A stretch of DNA of 64,000 nt from a virus (Duplodnaviria; Caudoviricetes): IMG/VR virus record IMGVR_UViG_3300027996_003878. One strand, given 5' to 3'. Shown one piece after another: positions 47,059 to 55,712 of the stretch (its first letter is position 1; every line of letters starts with the position of its first letter). The notes under the pieces are model-generated. The model saw nothing but the letters and a program-made list of their open reading frames with translations. It ran no database searches and was not told the DNA's origin. A program made the translations under genes and the position numbers.

Positions 47059-47104
47059 AAAAAGCGGCAATACACTCCTAATACGTTTATAGGTGCATTG
47101 CCGC
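47059..47104 (-). terminator. Long-stem terminator after protease-scaffold gene
   Basis: GCGGCAAUGCAC/GUGUAUUGCCGC 12-bp stem plus an inner CCUA/UAGG stem, followed by U5. Confidence 0.75.
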
Positions 47105-47124
47105 CTTATTTCTGAAGTTTAGTA

Positions 47125-49398
47125 CTAGTAACGCTTGTTTGCGAAAGCTCTCTCAAGCTCAGCAACCAAATCAGACTTTTCTGCTTCAGGCGCCGGCAGC
47201 ACAACCTCACCCGTGCCAATCATTCCAACCTGCGGAATTGAAGCTGACTTTTGCATCGGCTGACGCTCAGCCCAACGCTTCATGCTATTAAAGCCCTCGT
47301 CATTCCACTTCATAATTTCGCTAACTTGCTCGTTAACCGCAGAACGGTCATTGTTAAGCATGCCACGGCGAACCATGTCGTAAGCTAGCTCATAAGCTCT
47401 AGAGATCTTCACCTTATAAGTTTCTTTTTCCTCTGCAACCTTCTTTGCGTCATATTCCTTAAGAAGTTCATCAGCGAATTCTTTTCCACCGTCTTTTGCC
47501 TGGCTAAGATAATCTTTCCAGTACGCAACAGCCGCTTCATCTAGACCCTGGCTGATTAAAGCCGGGAAGTCATTGGCTGGGTCAATACGGCCAGCCAAAA
47601 CCAACTTCTGAATGTCTTCAGCCATTTTACGGATACGAGGAGGGGCTTGAGCCACTTCCTTCATAGCCGCATGTTGCTCCTTAAGATCTTCGACTCTAGC
47701 CAAGTTGCCCTCTGCCGGCATATCAAGCTCAACAGTTGTGCCGCCTTCAGGATGAGCCTTGTCAAGCATGTCACTGTAATGAAGGCCCTCTTGAGCTAAC
47801 TTGGCGCGATAGAGAGCGCGACCCTCTTTCGTTGTAAGGTCAGGCTCATCAGAGGCCATGGTTGAGAGTTCACTCTTAACAGCGTCCATAACTAGTTTCT
47901 CCAAGTCAAAATCATTAACATCATCATGATCGCCATCATGCATCATGCCGTGGTCATGCATCATGCCGTGGTCATGCGTCATGTCATCCGACTCAAAAAC
48001 CTCTTTTGTTTTCTCTTCCTCTTCTTCTGTCTGGACCTTATCAAACGGGGAGGGCGGTAGCGGCTTTTGATCCTCGGTCAAAACTTTTGCAAGCTCGGCC
48101 CCGGCATCTTGAGCCTTCTTTTCCAAAGCAGCAGTGCCCTTTGCATATTTAACAAATGAATCCATCAACTTGTAGCAGTCAGCAAACGTCTTTTTCGTAT
48201 CAGCAACTGCATCCGAAACAAGACCATTGACATACTCTGTATCCGTTGCACTTAGCTTTGCCTTGTTCGCATAAATATGGGAAGCCAAGGAAAGCTCTTC
48301 AAAATGTTCCTTCAAATCAGCCTGAGCTTGCTTCATACCAACGATAAGGGCAGTGCCAAGCTTTTGCTTCATATTAACCAAGGAAGCCGTGGCAGGGGAA
48401 AGCTCCGCTAATTGAGCCATTTCATCCTCGGCCTCTTCGCCTTCCTTCTCTTCTTCAAGAGCTTCAACTGCCTCATCGATATCATCAAGAAGGCCTTTTG
48501 CCTGCTCAACGAGATCCGGCAAGAGCTTAGCCGGATCGGCGCCCTCTAGCTCATCAATAGCTGCTTCAGGCGTAGGCGCCTCTTCAGCCATCTCAGGGGC
48601 CTCAGCGGCGGGCTGCTCAGGAACCTCTTCAGGAGCCATCTCCATCTCACCCTCTAATCCAGCTTCAGGCATTGCCAACTCAGCCTCAGGCATCTCCTCA
48701 GCAGGCTGCGCTCCTTTGAAAAGAGCCGCAGCCTTAGCAAATCCGCTAGTACGAATGGTGCTCAGAATCTTTCGGCCAAACTGCTTAGTTGCAATTGAGT
48801 CATAAAGAACATCGGCCTTGTTGCCAGCAAGCTCAGCGACAGTAGCTGTGAGGATTAGCTTGTCATCTGCAAAAACTTGCCAACAAGATGCTGACGGATT
48901 ATCGGTACCATCAGCGGATGCTGCTTTAACAAACTTCGCGCTAAGTTTTGCGCGTAATAGCTTTTCTTTTTTCTCTAGATCGCCAGTGTATAGACCATCG
49001 GTATCTCCAACCTCCGGGAATGGACCTGAACCATTCATCTGACGATCCTCATCACGATCAAAAGGCTCTTTTGGATAAACCTGCGGCTCATTGGGGCCGC
49101 CGCCGCCTTGGTAATAAGCTTCTTTTTTAGCAAGATTATTTTTAGCCCTTTCAAGCGCCGCCTGACGACGAAGAGCGCGTCGCTCTTGCTCCGCCATACG
49201 CTGAAGCTCGCGCTTCTTCTCCGCATCTCCAGGGTGCAAACCATCAACCGGACCAGTACCATCGCCAAGACCCGTCATTTGCTTGTCCTCGGTATCGCGA
49301 ATCGCCTCCGCATCACCCATGGGCTCGTAACGAGGCCGTCCTGGAGTGGGTTCATTTACACCACCACCACCTTGAAAGTAAGCTTTCTTATTTGTCAT
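47125..49398 (-). CDS. Nested in-frame scaffold protein (internal start, 757 aa)
   Basis: ATG at 49398 (codon 443) preceded by GAGG at 8 nt and TTATATACTA at 49413..49422; AT-rich sequence upstream, GC-richer codons downstream. Confidence 0.55.
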   Translation of the reverse strand: MTNKKAYFQGGGGVNEPTPGRPRYEPMGDAEAIRDTEDKQMTGLGDGTGPVDGLHPGDAEKKRELQRMAEQERRALRRQAALERAKNNLAKKEAYYQGGGGPNEPQVYPKEPFDRDEDRQMNGSGPFPEVGDTDGLYTGDLEKKEKLLRAKLSAKFVKAASADGTDNPSASCWQVFADDKLILTATVAELAGNKADVLYDSIATKQFGRKILSTIRTSGFAKAAALFKGAQPAEEMPEAELAMPEAGLEGEMEMAPEEVPEQPAAEAPEMAEEAPTPEAAIDELEGADPAKLLPDLVEQAKGLLDDIDEAVEALEEEKEGEEAEDEMAQLAELSPATASLVNMKQKLGTALIVGMKQAQADLKEHFEELSLASHIYANKAKLSATDTEYVNGLVSDAVADTKKTFADCYKLMDSFVKYAKGTAALEKKAQDAGAELAKVLTEDQKPLPPSPFDKVQTEEEEEKTKEVFESDDMTHDHGMMHDHGMMHDGDHDDVNDFDLEKLVMDAVKSELSTMASDEPDLTTKEGRALYRAKLAQEGLHYSDMLDKAHPEGGTTVELDMPAEGNLARVEDLKEQHAAMKEVAQAPPRIRKMAEDIQKLVLAGRIDPANDFPALISQGLDEAAVAYWKDYLSQAKDGGKEFADELLKEYDAKKVAEEKETYKVKISRAYELAYDMVRRGMLNNDRSAVNEQVSEIMKWNDEGFNSMKRWAERQPMQKSASIPQVGMIGTGEVVLPAPEAEKSDLVAELERAFANKRY

Positions 49399-50724
49399 AT
49401 TGTTTTCCTCACTAGTATATAACTTGCCAAAATCCTGCTTTAATTCGTTTAAATTTGTAAGAAGAGAATTAATCGCACTCGAAATTTTAAAATATTTTGA
49501 ATCACGATTACTTAAAGAAGCAATTTTATTACCAGAATTATTTAATTCATCTTCTTGTAATTTGCATTCTTTATCATCCTCATTTTCCTGAAGTTGCTCA
49601 AGCTCACAAGTATCAGAGCTGTCATCCTGTTCCGCCTTCTCTTCCGCTTCGGCTTGTTCGGCTTCTTCTGCTCTTTCCTTGTACTCTTCTGCTTGTAGTG
49701 CGCTTAGCTTATCTGAGGCTTCATCTAATTTATGATAAGCATCATCAAAGCCCTCAAGAAGGTCGCGCAAATCTTTTTTCTTAGGCCTTTCTTCCTCAAG
49801 AAGACCTTCAAAAGCGTGAACTCCATCTCTCATAGATAACAAAGTGTCACGCAATGCCCCCAACAAGGCATCCTCTGAACCCTCGGCATCTTTCTCTTCG
49901 GCCTCTAGGTCAGAATCCTCGTGAGCGCTCTTTAAGAAAGCCTCTTTTGAGTCTATGTATTGAGCAATGCTATTAGCAGCAGCTACAATATGCCTAATCT
50001 TAGCGCGAGGATCTGCCCCACTTACTACAATTGAAAGTTCAATCGGATTCAAATCCACATTTATTTCACCATATGTAGTTTTACCTCTCATATGATTACA
50101 AAACTCACTTTCAACCGTAGCAACCTGACCACAGTCAAAACAAATTGCCTTGCCTACAGCGGTACCCATAGAGACTGACGCAGCATAACCGGTAGAAACT
50201 TTACGCGCCAAATCAGGATAATTCTTTTTGTCCAGAGCGCACAGCGCAATCACTCGCTTATTGGGATAATCATAATAGGTGTCAACAATAACACCACGAA
50301 TCATATCCACAGAGCTAGACTTATGATCCAAACAAAGAGGCTTACCAACCCACTTCTTGTGAGCCTTTATAAGCTCCTCTTCAGGAAAGATATCTGAATT
50401 ACTATTACGATAAGGCTTAATATTTGAATCGCTACAAACCCATCTCCATGAGCCATTGTCTTTTTTCCACTCTACAGTAACGTCGTTTCCAGTGGCATCT
50501 TTTTTTAGATTTGAATTGTCATCTAAAAGAGAGGCTTCTGCGGCATGCATCATAATTGCTGAAAAATACAAAAAATCATCAGCTTTTGGAGCTATAGTCT
50601 TTAACTCTGCCGCGACTTTTTTAAACCGCTCCAAAATAGAAGAATCAGACATCATGCTAACTGCTGACTGAATATTAGCAGTCGTAATTACTGTTGCTTC
50701 ACCTAACTTAATAATAGTTGACAT
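47125..50724 (-). CDS. Prohead protease fused to acidic scaffold
   Basis: 1199 aa; N-terminal LCLDH...VSMG...ELSIVVSGADPRAKI (HK97/assemblin-type His/Ser protease) with a CFDC..C.H insertion; Glu/Ala-rich coiled-coil C-terminal two thirds. Confidence 0.8.
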   Translation of the reverse strand: MSTIIKLGEATVITTANIQSAVSMMSDSSILERFKKVAAELKTIAPKADDFLYFSAIMMHAAEASLLDDNSNLKKDATGNDVTVEWKKDNGSWRWVCSDSNIKPYRNSNSDIFPEEELIKAHKKWVGKPLCLDHKSSSVDMIRGVIVDTYYDYPNKRVIALCALDKKNYPDLARKVSTGYAASVSMGTAVGKAICFDCGQVATVESEFCNHMRGKTTYGEINVDLNPIELSIVVSGADPRAKIRHIVAAANSIAQYIDSKEAFLKSAHEDSDLEAEEKDAEGSEDALLGALRDTLLSMRDGVHAFEGLLEEERPKKKDLRDLLEGFDDAYHKLDEASDKLSALQAEEYKERAEEAEQAEAEEKAEQDDSSDTCELEQLQENEDDKECKLQEDELNNSGNKIASLSNRDSKYFKISSAINSLLTNLNELKQDFGKLYTSEENNMTNKKAYFQGGGGVNEPTPGRPRYEPMGDAEAIRDTEDKQMTGLGDGTGPVDGLHPGDAEKKRELQRMAEQERRALRRQAALERAKNNLAKKEAYYQGGGGPNEPQVYPKEPFDRDEDRQMNGSGPFPEVGDTDGLYTGDLEKKEKLLRAKLSAKFVKAASADGTDNPSASCWQVFADDKLILTATVAELAGNKADVLYDSIATKQFGRKILSTIRTSGFAKAAALFKGAQPAEEMPEAELAMPEAGLEGEMEMAPEEVPEQPAAEAPEMAEEAPTPEAAIDELEGADPAKLLPDLVEQAKGLLDDIDEAVEALEEEKEGEEAEDEMAQLAELSPATASLVNMKQKLGTALIVGMKQAQADLKEHFEELSLASHIYANKAKLSATDTEYVNGLVSDAVADTKKTFADCYKLMDSFVKYAKGTAALEKKAQDAGAELAKVLTEDQKPLPPSPFDKVQTEEEEEKTKEVFESDDMTHDHGMMHDHGMMHDGDHDDVNDFDLEKLVMDAVKSELSTMASDEPDLTTKEGRALYRAKLAQEGLHYSDMLDKAHPEGGTTVELDMPAEGNLARVEDLKEQHAAMKEVAQAPPRIRKMAEDIQKLVLAGRIDPANDFPALISQGLDEAAVAYWKDYLSQAKDGGKEFADELLKEYDAKKVAEEKETYKVKISRAYELAYDMVRRGMLNNDRSAVNEQVSEIMKWNDEGFNSMKRWAERQPMQKSASIPQVGMIGTGEVVLPAPEAEKSDLVAELERAFANKRY
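47937..47983. repeat. 18-bp tandem repeat encoding HDHGMM
   Basis: catgcatcatgccgtggt twice plus a partial third copy. Confidence 0.85.
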
Positions 50725-50725
50725 A

Positions 50726-50890
50726 TTAATTCACCAAATCTTTACTAGATTCAATTTTATTACCATCTTTATTAGTATTTTTGATAACTTGACGCTCTGC
50801 CTCAGAGCCCTCTTTCAGAGGATTTTCCTCTGAGCCCTCCTCGGCATCAATAATATCTAATATTTCAACTTTTCCTCTTTTTATAATCAT
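50726..50890 (-). CDS. Small protein missed by ORF track (54 aa)
   Basis: MIIKRGKVEILDIIDAEEGSEENPLKEGSEAERQVIKNTNKDGNKIESSKDLVN; ATGA overlap with the upstream stop, ends 1 nt before the protease ATG. Confidence 0.65.
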   Translation of the reverse strand: MIIKRGKVEILDIIDAEEGSEENPLKEGSEAERQVIKNTNKDGNKIESSKDLVN

Positions 50891-51633
50891 GGTAAAATGT
50901 CTCCAACAGTTATGGGGGCACTTGAAGGCTCCCAGGGCTTATGCTTATCTGGCTGCCAAACCCTGGCAGTATCACTAGGGTTTAAAGGTTGATTTCCTTT
51001 GGTTATTTGAGGTGCTGCATTTTGTTCAACATTTTCAGAACGTTGCCTATAAAGCTGAACAATATAAGGCTCATCATTATTAACACTTACTTCATCAACG
51101 TCATCAGACCAACTTTTAGACAATATCTCATTACTTATATGAGCAATAGCCCTGTCTGTTATTACGTCCCTAGTTAAAGATATTTGTTTTATTAAATTTT
51201 TCGCACCAATAATTGCGCCTGACTTAAAATTTTCATTCTTTATATCGCCCAAATTATCTTTCAACATTAAGAAGCTTTTTTCCAAAGAGCCCACACTGTC
51301 ATTTGCCGCAGCGATTAACTCACTGATATTTTGATCTGGCAAAAAATTATTTAAATCTACAATAGCACTCATAGCTTGAGCTTTTAATTTATCTAGAACA
51401 GACTCTAGATATTTTGAATAATCATTTATCACGGTTCTTTTTTTCTGCACAACCTGCTCAGGAAAGACATCTACACTTTCAAATGCATCTATTAGAATAT
51501 GCAACTTACTAGCAAAAACGTCTAAAAGATTAGCTGCATCATTAAATGTTTCAATTGCCTTTGTTGCTATCTTTCTTTCATTATCAGTAACTGAGAAAGA
51601 AAGATCTATCATATTTGATATTTTTTTAAGCAT
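50887..51633 (-). CDS. Hypothetical helical head-region protein
   Basis: 248 aa, amphipathic helices. Confidence 0.7.
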   Translation of the reverse strand: MLKKISNMIDLSFSVTDNERKIATKAIETFNDAANLLDVFASKLHILIDAFESVDVFPEQVVQKKRTVINDYSKYLESVLDKLKAQAMSAIVDLNNFLPDQNISELIAAANDSVGSLEKSFLMLKDNLGDIKNENFKSGAIIGAKNLIKQISLTRDVITDRAIAHISNEILSKSWSDDVDEVSVNNDEPYIVQLYRQRSENVEQNAAPQITKGNQPLNPSDTARVWQPDKHKPWEPSSAPITVGDILP

Positions 51634-51684
51634 AACTATAAAATATAACTTTTATTATAATCACTATGAATGTTTAAATATTCA

Positions 51685-52488
51685 CTAAAATTGCACCCAA
51701 CCGCCGGTCTCAACCGGCCCGACGCCTCGAACTCCAGAATAATTATCATATCCACCAACCGCTGGCACTGTATGTACAGTATCCCCTTCACTTTGATAGC
51801 TTTTCAATATCTGTCTTAGTATTTCTTTCCTATACTTCAACTCCTTATGCTTTCTATCTCTACCCTTTTCATCTACAGGGTAATAAGGAGTCTGATGATA
51901 AAAATCAGTATACGGAGCCCACGACTGCCTGGGGGAATAAAAGGGAGGGACGCTCTCTAAACCAAACATGTCATAAAGCTGAAATCCAACATCTATATCT
52001 TGAACTTCATTTACATCACTTTTATGTGCATTCTGTATTAAGTCGCAATAAAAGCTCTCTGTATCTTCCTTAATTTTATCTCCAAATTGAAAGCCAAGCG
52101 CTTCTCGAATTGCATCCTCTGGCTTCCAATCACTATACTTAACTCTAAATAATGCCACTGCCAACCCGGCCCTATCACTGCCGTGCAAGCAATGAATATA
52201 AGTAGGAGTATTATCCAATAATAATGAAACTATATTTTTATTCAAAAAATCGGTAAAATATGTATTATTTGTTTCCCCACCGCTAAGAGGAATTACTACA
52301 TGCTCCATTCCTAATTTATTTACAATTGGAGCTATCAAAGATGCAATATTTCTATCTAAACTAATAATGCGATTTATTTTCTTTGACATCGCAATCAAAT
52401 CCTTTGCTGAAGGCGCTCCGCCCCTATAAATATCTTTGATTACTTTTTTAAATCGAGCTGGCATATCACAAACTTTCAACAATTCCAT
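51685..52488 (-). CDS. Protein-tyrosine/dual-specificity phosphatase-fold protein
   Basis: 267 aa; IYRGGAP, IISLD and the P-loop HCLHGSDRAG (CX5R). Confidence 0.85.
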   Translation of the reverse strand: MELLKVCDMPARFKKVIKDIYRGGAPSAKDLIAMSKKINRIISLDRNIASLIAPIVNKLGMEHVVIPLSGGETNNTYFTDFLNKNIVSLLLDNTPTYIHCLHGSDRAGLAVALFRVKYSDWKPEDAIREALGFQFGDKIKEDTESFYCDLIQNAHKSDVNEVQDIDVGFQLYDMFGLESVPPFYSPRQSWAPYTDFYHQTPYYPVDEKGRDRKHKELKYRKEILRQILKSYQSEGDTVHTVPAVGGYDNYSGVRGVGPVETGGWVQF

Positions 52489-53176
52489 CTAAAACCTCTC
52501 TAATATAAAGAGGCTCATGACCATTTAATATGGTTTTAATAAAAGTAATAGATTGCCCTAACGAAGCTGATGCAGGGGTTTTCTTTTGAGAAATTTCAAA
52601 CTCATTTAATTGGCTTATTTTCTGCTTTAGGCCTTGTAAAGATTTCTGTCTGTTTTCAATAGATATTCTACTTGTTAGAAATTTAACAATATCAGCAATG
52701 GCCTTCCCAGCAGATCTAGGCTCACCCATTTCAATCACACTAGCGCTTATCTTTAAAAGCCTATCCGGGATAGCAACCTCAGACTTTTTTATGGTATAAT
52801 TAACACAATACATAGCAGCAATTAACGCTGCGCCCTCGGGGTTTTTAATATTCGAATCACAAGCCCTATCAAAAACCTCTTTGAACTTCTTCATAAAAGG
52901 CTTAACTTTATCTTTATGATTCTTGTTTAGATCCCTCATGATTTTTGAATAAGAAAACTCTAAGTCATCATGCTCTTCTGATTCTTTTACCAAGCAGCGA
53001 AAGCTTTTGAGCGCTTTTTTTCTCCCTTTTGCCATATGCTTAAATACTTCAACCTGACGCAAGCGCTCTTCAGCCTCAGCCTTTGTGTCATATGTGCCAA
53101 GGTTCCTATGTTTTTTTGAGAGCACCCGATATTTTCCATCAGGCAAGCGCTTAATATAAGAATTTTTATTTAACAT
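52466..53176 (-). CDS. Hypothetical head-region protein
   Basis: 236 aa; N-terminal GKYRVLSKKHRNLGTYDTKAEAEERLRQVE module. Confidence 0.7.
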   Translation of the reverse strand: MLNKNSYIKRLPDGKYRVLSKKHRNLGTYDTKAEAEERLRQVEVFKHMAKGRKKALKSFRCLVKESEEHDDLEFSYSKIMRDLNKNHKDKVKPFMKKFKEVFDRACDSNIKNPEGAALIAAMYCVNYTIKKSEVAIPDRLLKISASVIEMGEPRSAGKAIADIVKFLTSRISIENRQKSLQGLKQKISQLNEFEISQKKTPASASLGQSITFIKTILNGHEPLYIREVLDGIVESL

Positions 53177-53498
53177 TTCGTAATTTCATTCGCTTGCTAG
53201 AGCTATTAAAAACATTAAATGTTCTAATGCCGCTAGAATTAACTTCAATTACAGTCTTTATAGACCAACAATTTATAAAGACTAAATTTTTTCTTTTACC
53301 GTAAGTACACTCTAAAACTAGAGCATCACCATGAACATCTTTTACAATTCCACATACAACGCTCTTATCATTTTCATCAGATTCAGAATACTTGTATGAA
53401 GAGTCAGTGTCCCCACAATAAACTTCAACCTGCTTACCCTCTAAATACGCAAGTATCGCAGCCCCAAATAGCGAATCATAATCTTTTGTTGAATTCAT
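53166..53498 (-). CDS. Small protein with possible Sm/LSm-like fold
   Basis: 110 aa; YLEGKQVEVY..GIVKDVHGDALVL..LVFINCWSIKTV matches Sm1/Sm2 strand spacing. Confidence 0.45.
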   Translation of the reverse strand: MNSTKDYDSLFGAAILAYLEGKQVEVYCGDTDSSYKYSESDENDKSVVCGIVKDVHGDALVLECTYGKRKNLVFINCWSIKTVIEVNSSGIRTFNVFNSSSKRMKLRNVK

Positions 53499-53501
53499 AA
53501 T

Positions 53502-55712
53502 TTACTCTTTACATTTTCCTAAATTAAGCGCCAGTGTGAACTTTCGATGGTTCTTCATCAAAGATTCTGCGCTCATTTTTTTTAATGGGACGCTTATCTC
53601 AGGATCTTTGAATACATTAGCTCTCACAAGTGGATGATGGCTAAGCGTTGATTCCATTGAATTTGAAACCATATTACATATCACAGCAATTCCCCTTACT
53701 AGCTCAAACTGCTCTTTGTCAGAATAAACTCTCAGCTCAACATCGCTCTGATCAAAGCCCTCCGACTTAAATATAGAAACTTTAATGCCTGCAAATTTAC
53801 GCAAAATATTTGCAGTTACTCTTGCATATTCTATTTTATCAGCTAGACTTGCATTTTCAGAGGACAACGCAATTAAATAAGAGTCTAGATTTAATTTTTT
53901 ATAGTCAAAATCAAAATTAGAGCTAGCTGATAACAATTTACTAATTGCAGAATCAAGCTCGATGCTATTGACCGGCGCTTCATCTTCTTTATCTAGAACT
54001 TGTTGAGGCGACTGCCTAGCCTTTTTCTTTTCCTCAGCGGAATATTCCGAAGACCAATTTTTAACTGAAAGATGTGGCACATGCTTTTGTGTTTCCAGCT
54101 TGAGATTTAAATGCTCAATTTTTGGAGCTATGTTATTAAAAAAATAAGCATACCTTCCAGTAAGGCCCTTTGCATAGTTTTTAATATTAGCGGTGTAATA
54201 CCCGCCAAGGCCCAAAGATACAGCTGCACTGCTAGGATCGCCTGCTTCAAAGTAGGCCAAGCTTGACTTGTATCTATCCCTACCTAACAGCTTCCAATAA
54301 TGCATCGCCCCCTCTTCAGGAGTTGCGTATGCTCTCCAACGATCTCCAGGAACTTCGAATGGCTTTCCTTCAGGAGTTTTTTCGTAAGCCTTGCTTCTAT
54401 AATAATCACCGCCACTGCTAATCCAGCCTGGCGTTGCCTTTATTCTTCCAATCGCATTATTAGGTAGTACAACCCGGTTGCCGCGTGAGCCATTTTCAAG
54501 CTCGCCTTGAGAATAACCGCCTGCTAATGCCTGTAAAGATGGCTTTTGTCCAAAAGCCATCTCATATCCTTTTGCCAAAATTTCAGCAAACTCTTCTTGG
54601 CTTACTGTTTTATTTTTGTCGTAAGGAACCTCTTTACCCGCAGCATATTTTAATAAATCTCTAAACCTATCGCTAGCATTGACGGTAGCGCCTTTATCCT
54701 CATCGATTATACTTTCCTCTTCTATTGGCTCTTCAAAAGAAGGTTCCTTTGTTTTTTCTAAGAATTGAAAGTCCTCAATATCAGATCTAGCAACAGATAC
54801 CTGGCCTGACTTAGATAAACCTAACGCCTCTGTCTTATCTCTAAGCTTTACCTTTAGTTTAAACCTTAACTTATAGTCATCATAATCTAATTCGATTGGT
54901 TGAGATAAAATTGTCACCAACAAAGAGCCAGGAACAGGCTTTTCGTCCTTTTTCATGAACGTTACTGGCTGTAGCGCCTCTATCTTAATTAAATTACCCT
55001 TAATTATTGCATCGCGTATTGCGTTTACACTATCATTATCAAGATGTTCAATTTTGTAAGGAGCCGGTATGGACTTTTGTATTTGACGTATAAGCGCAGC
55101 TTTATTTGCCTGTGTAAACTTTACTTTTGTAGGCGAATTATAGCTATCTTTAAAGTAAGAGATCTGATCAAGGGGAATATCATAAGATTGATTTATTTTT
55201 AAAAAATTACCAGAAAACTCAAACCCTGGAATGCTTTCTAATGTTTCTTGAGCCTTTTCAGCTGTATTCTGCTCGTCCTTAACTTTAACAGGAACTTTAA
55301 CAGGCGGTTTTTTTGCGGTATATGTAAACGGAACAGAGCTAGGGGCGTCATCAATGTTATCAATAACACTTTCTCCCAATTCTTTCTTTATATCTTCAGC
55401 CTCCGCCGCTGCTTCGCTCAATTCACCTGAAAGTCTTTTAACTTCGCTTAATGCAAAATCATATCCAGCAAGATTACCAGAATCAATATACTTCAATAAT
55501 TGTTTAGTTGCCTTATCCAGCTCTTTTATAATCTTCTCAGTTTTTACTGTCTTGACATTAAGCCTTCTTAAGTCAAATCTAAATTCAGGATCTGTTATCC
55601 AGTTCCATGCCTTTGACAAACTATCAACAATGTCTGCAACTTTAACAACATCATGAGAATCAGCCGCATAAAGCTTTAAAGTATATTTTCTAATATCTGA
55701 CACTTTAGGCAC
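53502..55712 (-). CDS. Large protein with GH73/FlgJ-like muramidase domain
   Basis: 736 aa; SQGELENG..NNAIGRIKA..WRAYATPEEGAMHY..LL..RY..GYYT at about 54140-54600. Confidence 0.65.
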   Translation of the reverse strand: MPKVSDIRKYTLKLYAADSHDVVKVADIVDSLSKAWNWITDPEFRFDLRRLNVKTVKTEKIIKELDKATKQLLKYIDSGNLAGYDFALSEVKRLSGELSEAAAEAEDIKKELGESVIDNIDDAPSSVPFTYTAKKPPVKVPVKVKDEQNTAEKAQETLESIPGFEFSGNFLKINQSYDIPLDQISYFKDSYNSPTKVKFTQANKAALIRQIQKSIPAPYKIEHLDNDSVNAIRDAIIKGNLIKIEALQPVTFMKKDEKPVPGSLLVTILSQPIELDYDDYKLRFKLKVKLRDKTEALGLSKSGQVSVARSDIEDFQFLEKTKEPSFEEPIEEESIIDEDKGATVNASDRFRDLLKYAAGKEVPYDKNKTVSQEEFAEILAKGYEMAFGQKPSLQALAGGYSQGELENGSRGNRVVLPNNAIGRIKATPGWISSGGDYYRSKAYEKTPEGKPFEVPGDRWRAYATPEEGAMHYWKLLGRDRYKSSLAYFEAGDPSSAAVSLGLGGYYTANIKNYAKGLTGRYAYFFNNIAPKIEHLNLKLETQKHVPHLSVKNWSSEYSAEEKKKARQSPQQVLDKEDEAPVNSIELDSAISKLLSASSNFDFDYKKLNLDSYLIALSSENASLADKIEYARVTANILRKFAGIKVSIFKSEGFDQSDVELRVYSDKEQFELVRGIAVICNMVSNSMESTLSHHPLVRANVFKDPEISVPLKKMSAESLMKNHRKFTLALNLGKCKE

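Noticed and set aside
45102-52488. ADD / DVND acidic micro-motifs recurring in head proteins
   Set aside because: Only a handful of instances in Asp-rich sequence; I cannot distinguish them from composition without statistics.
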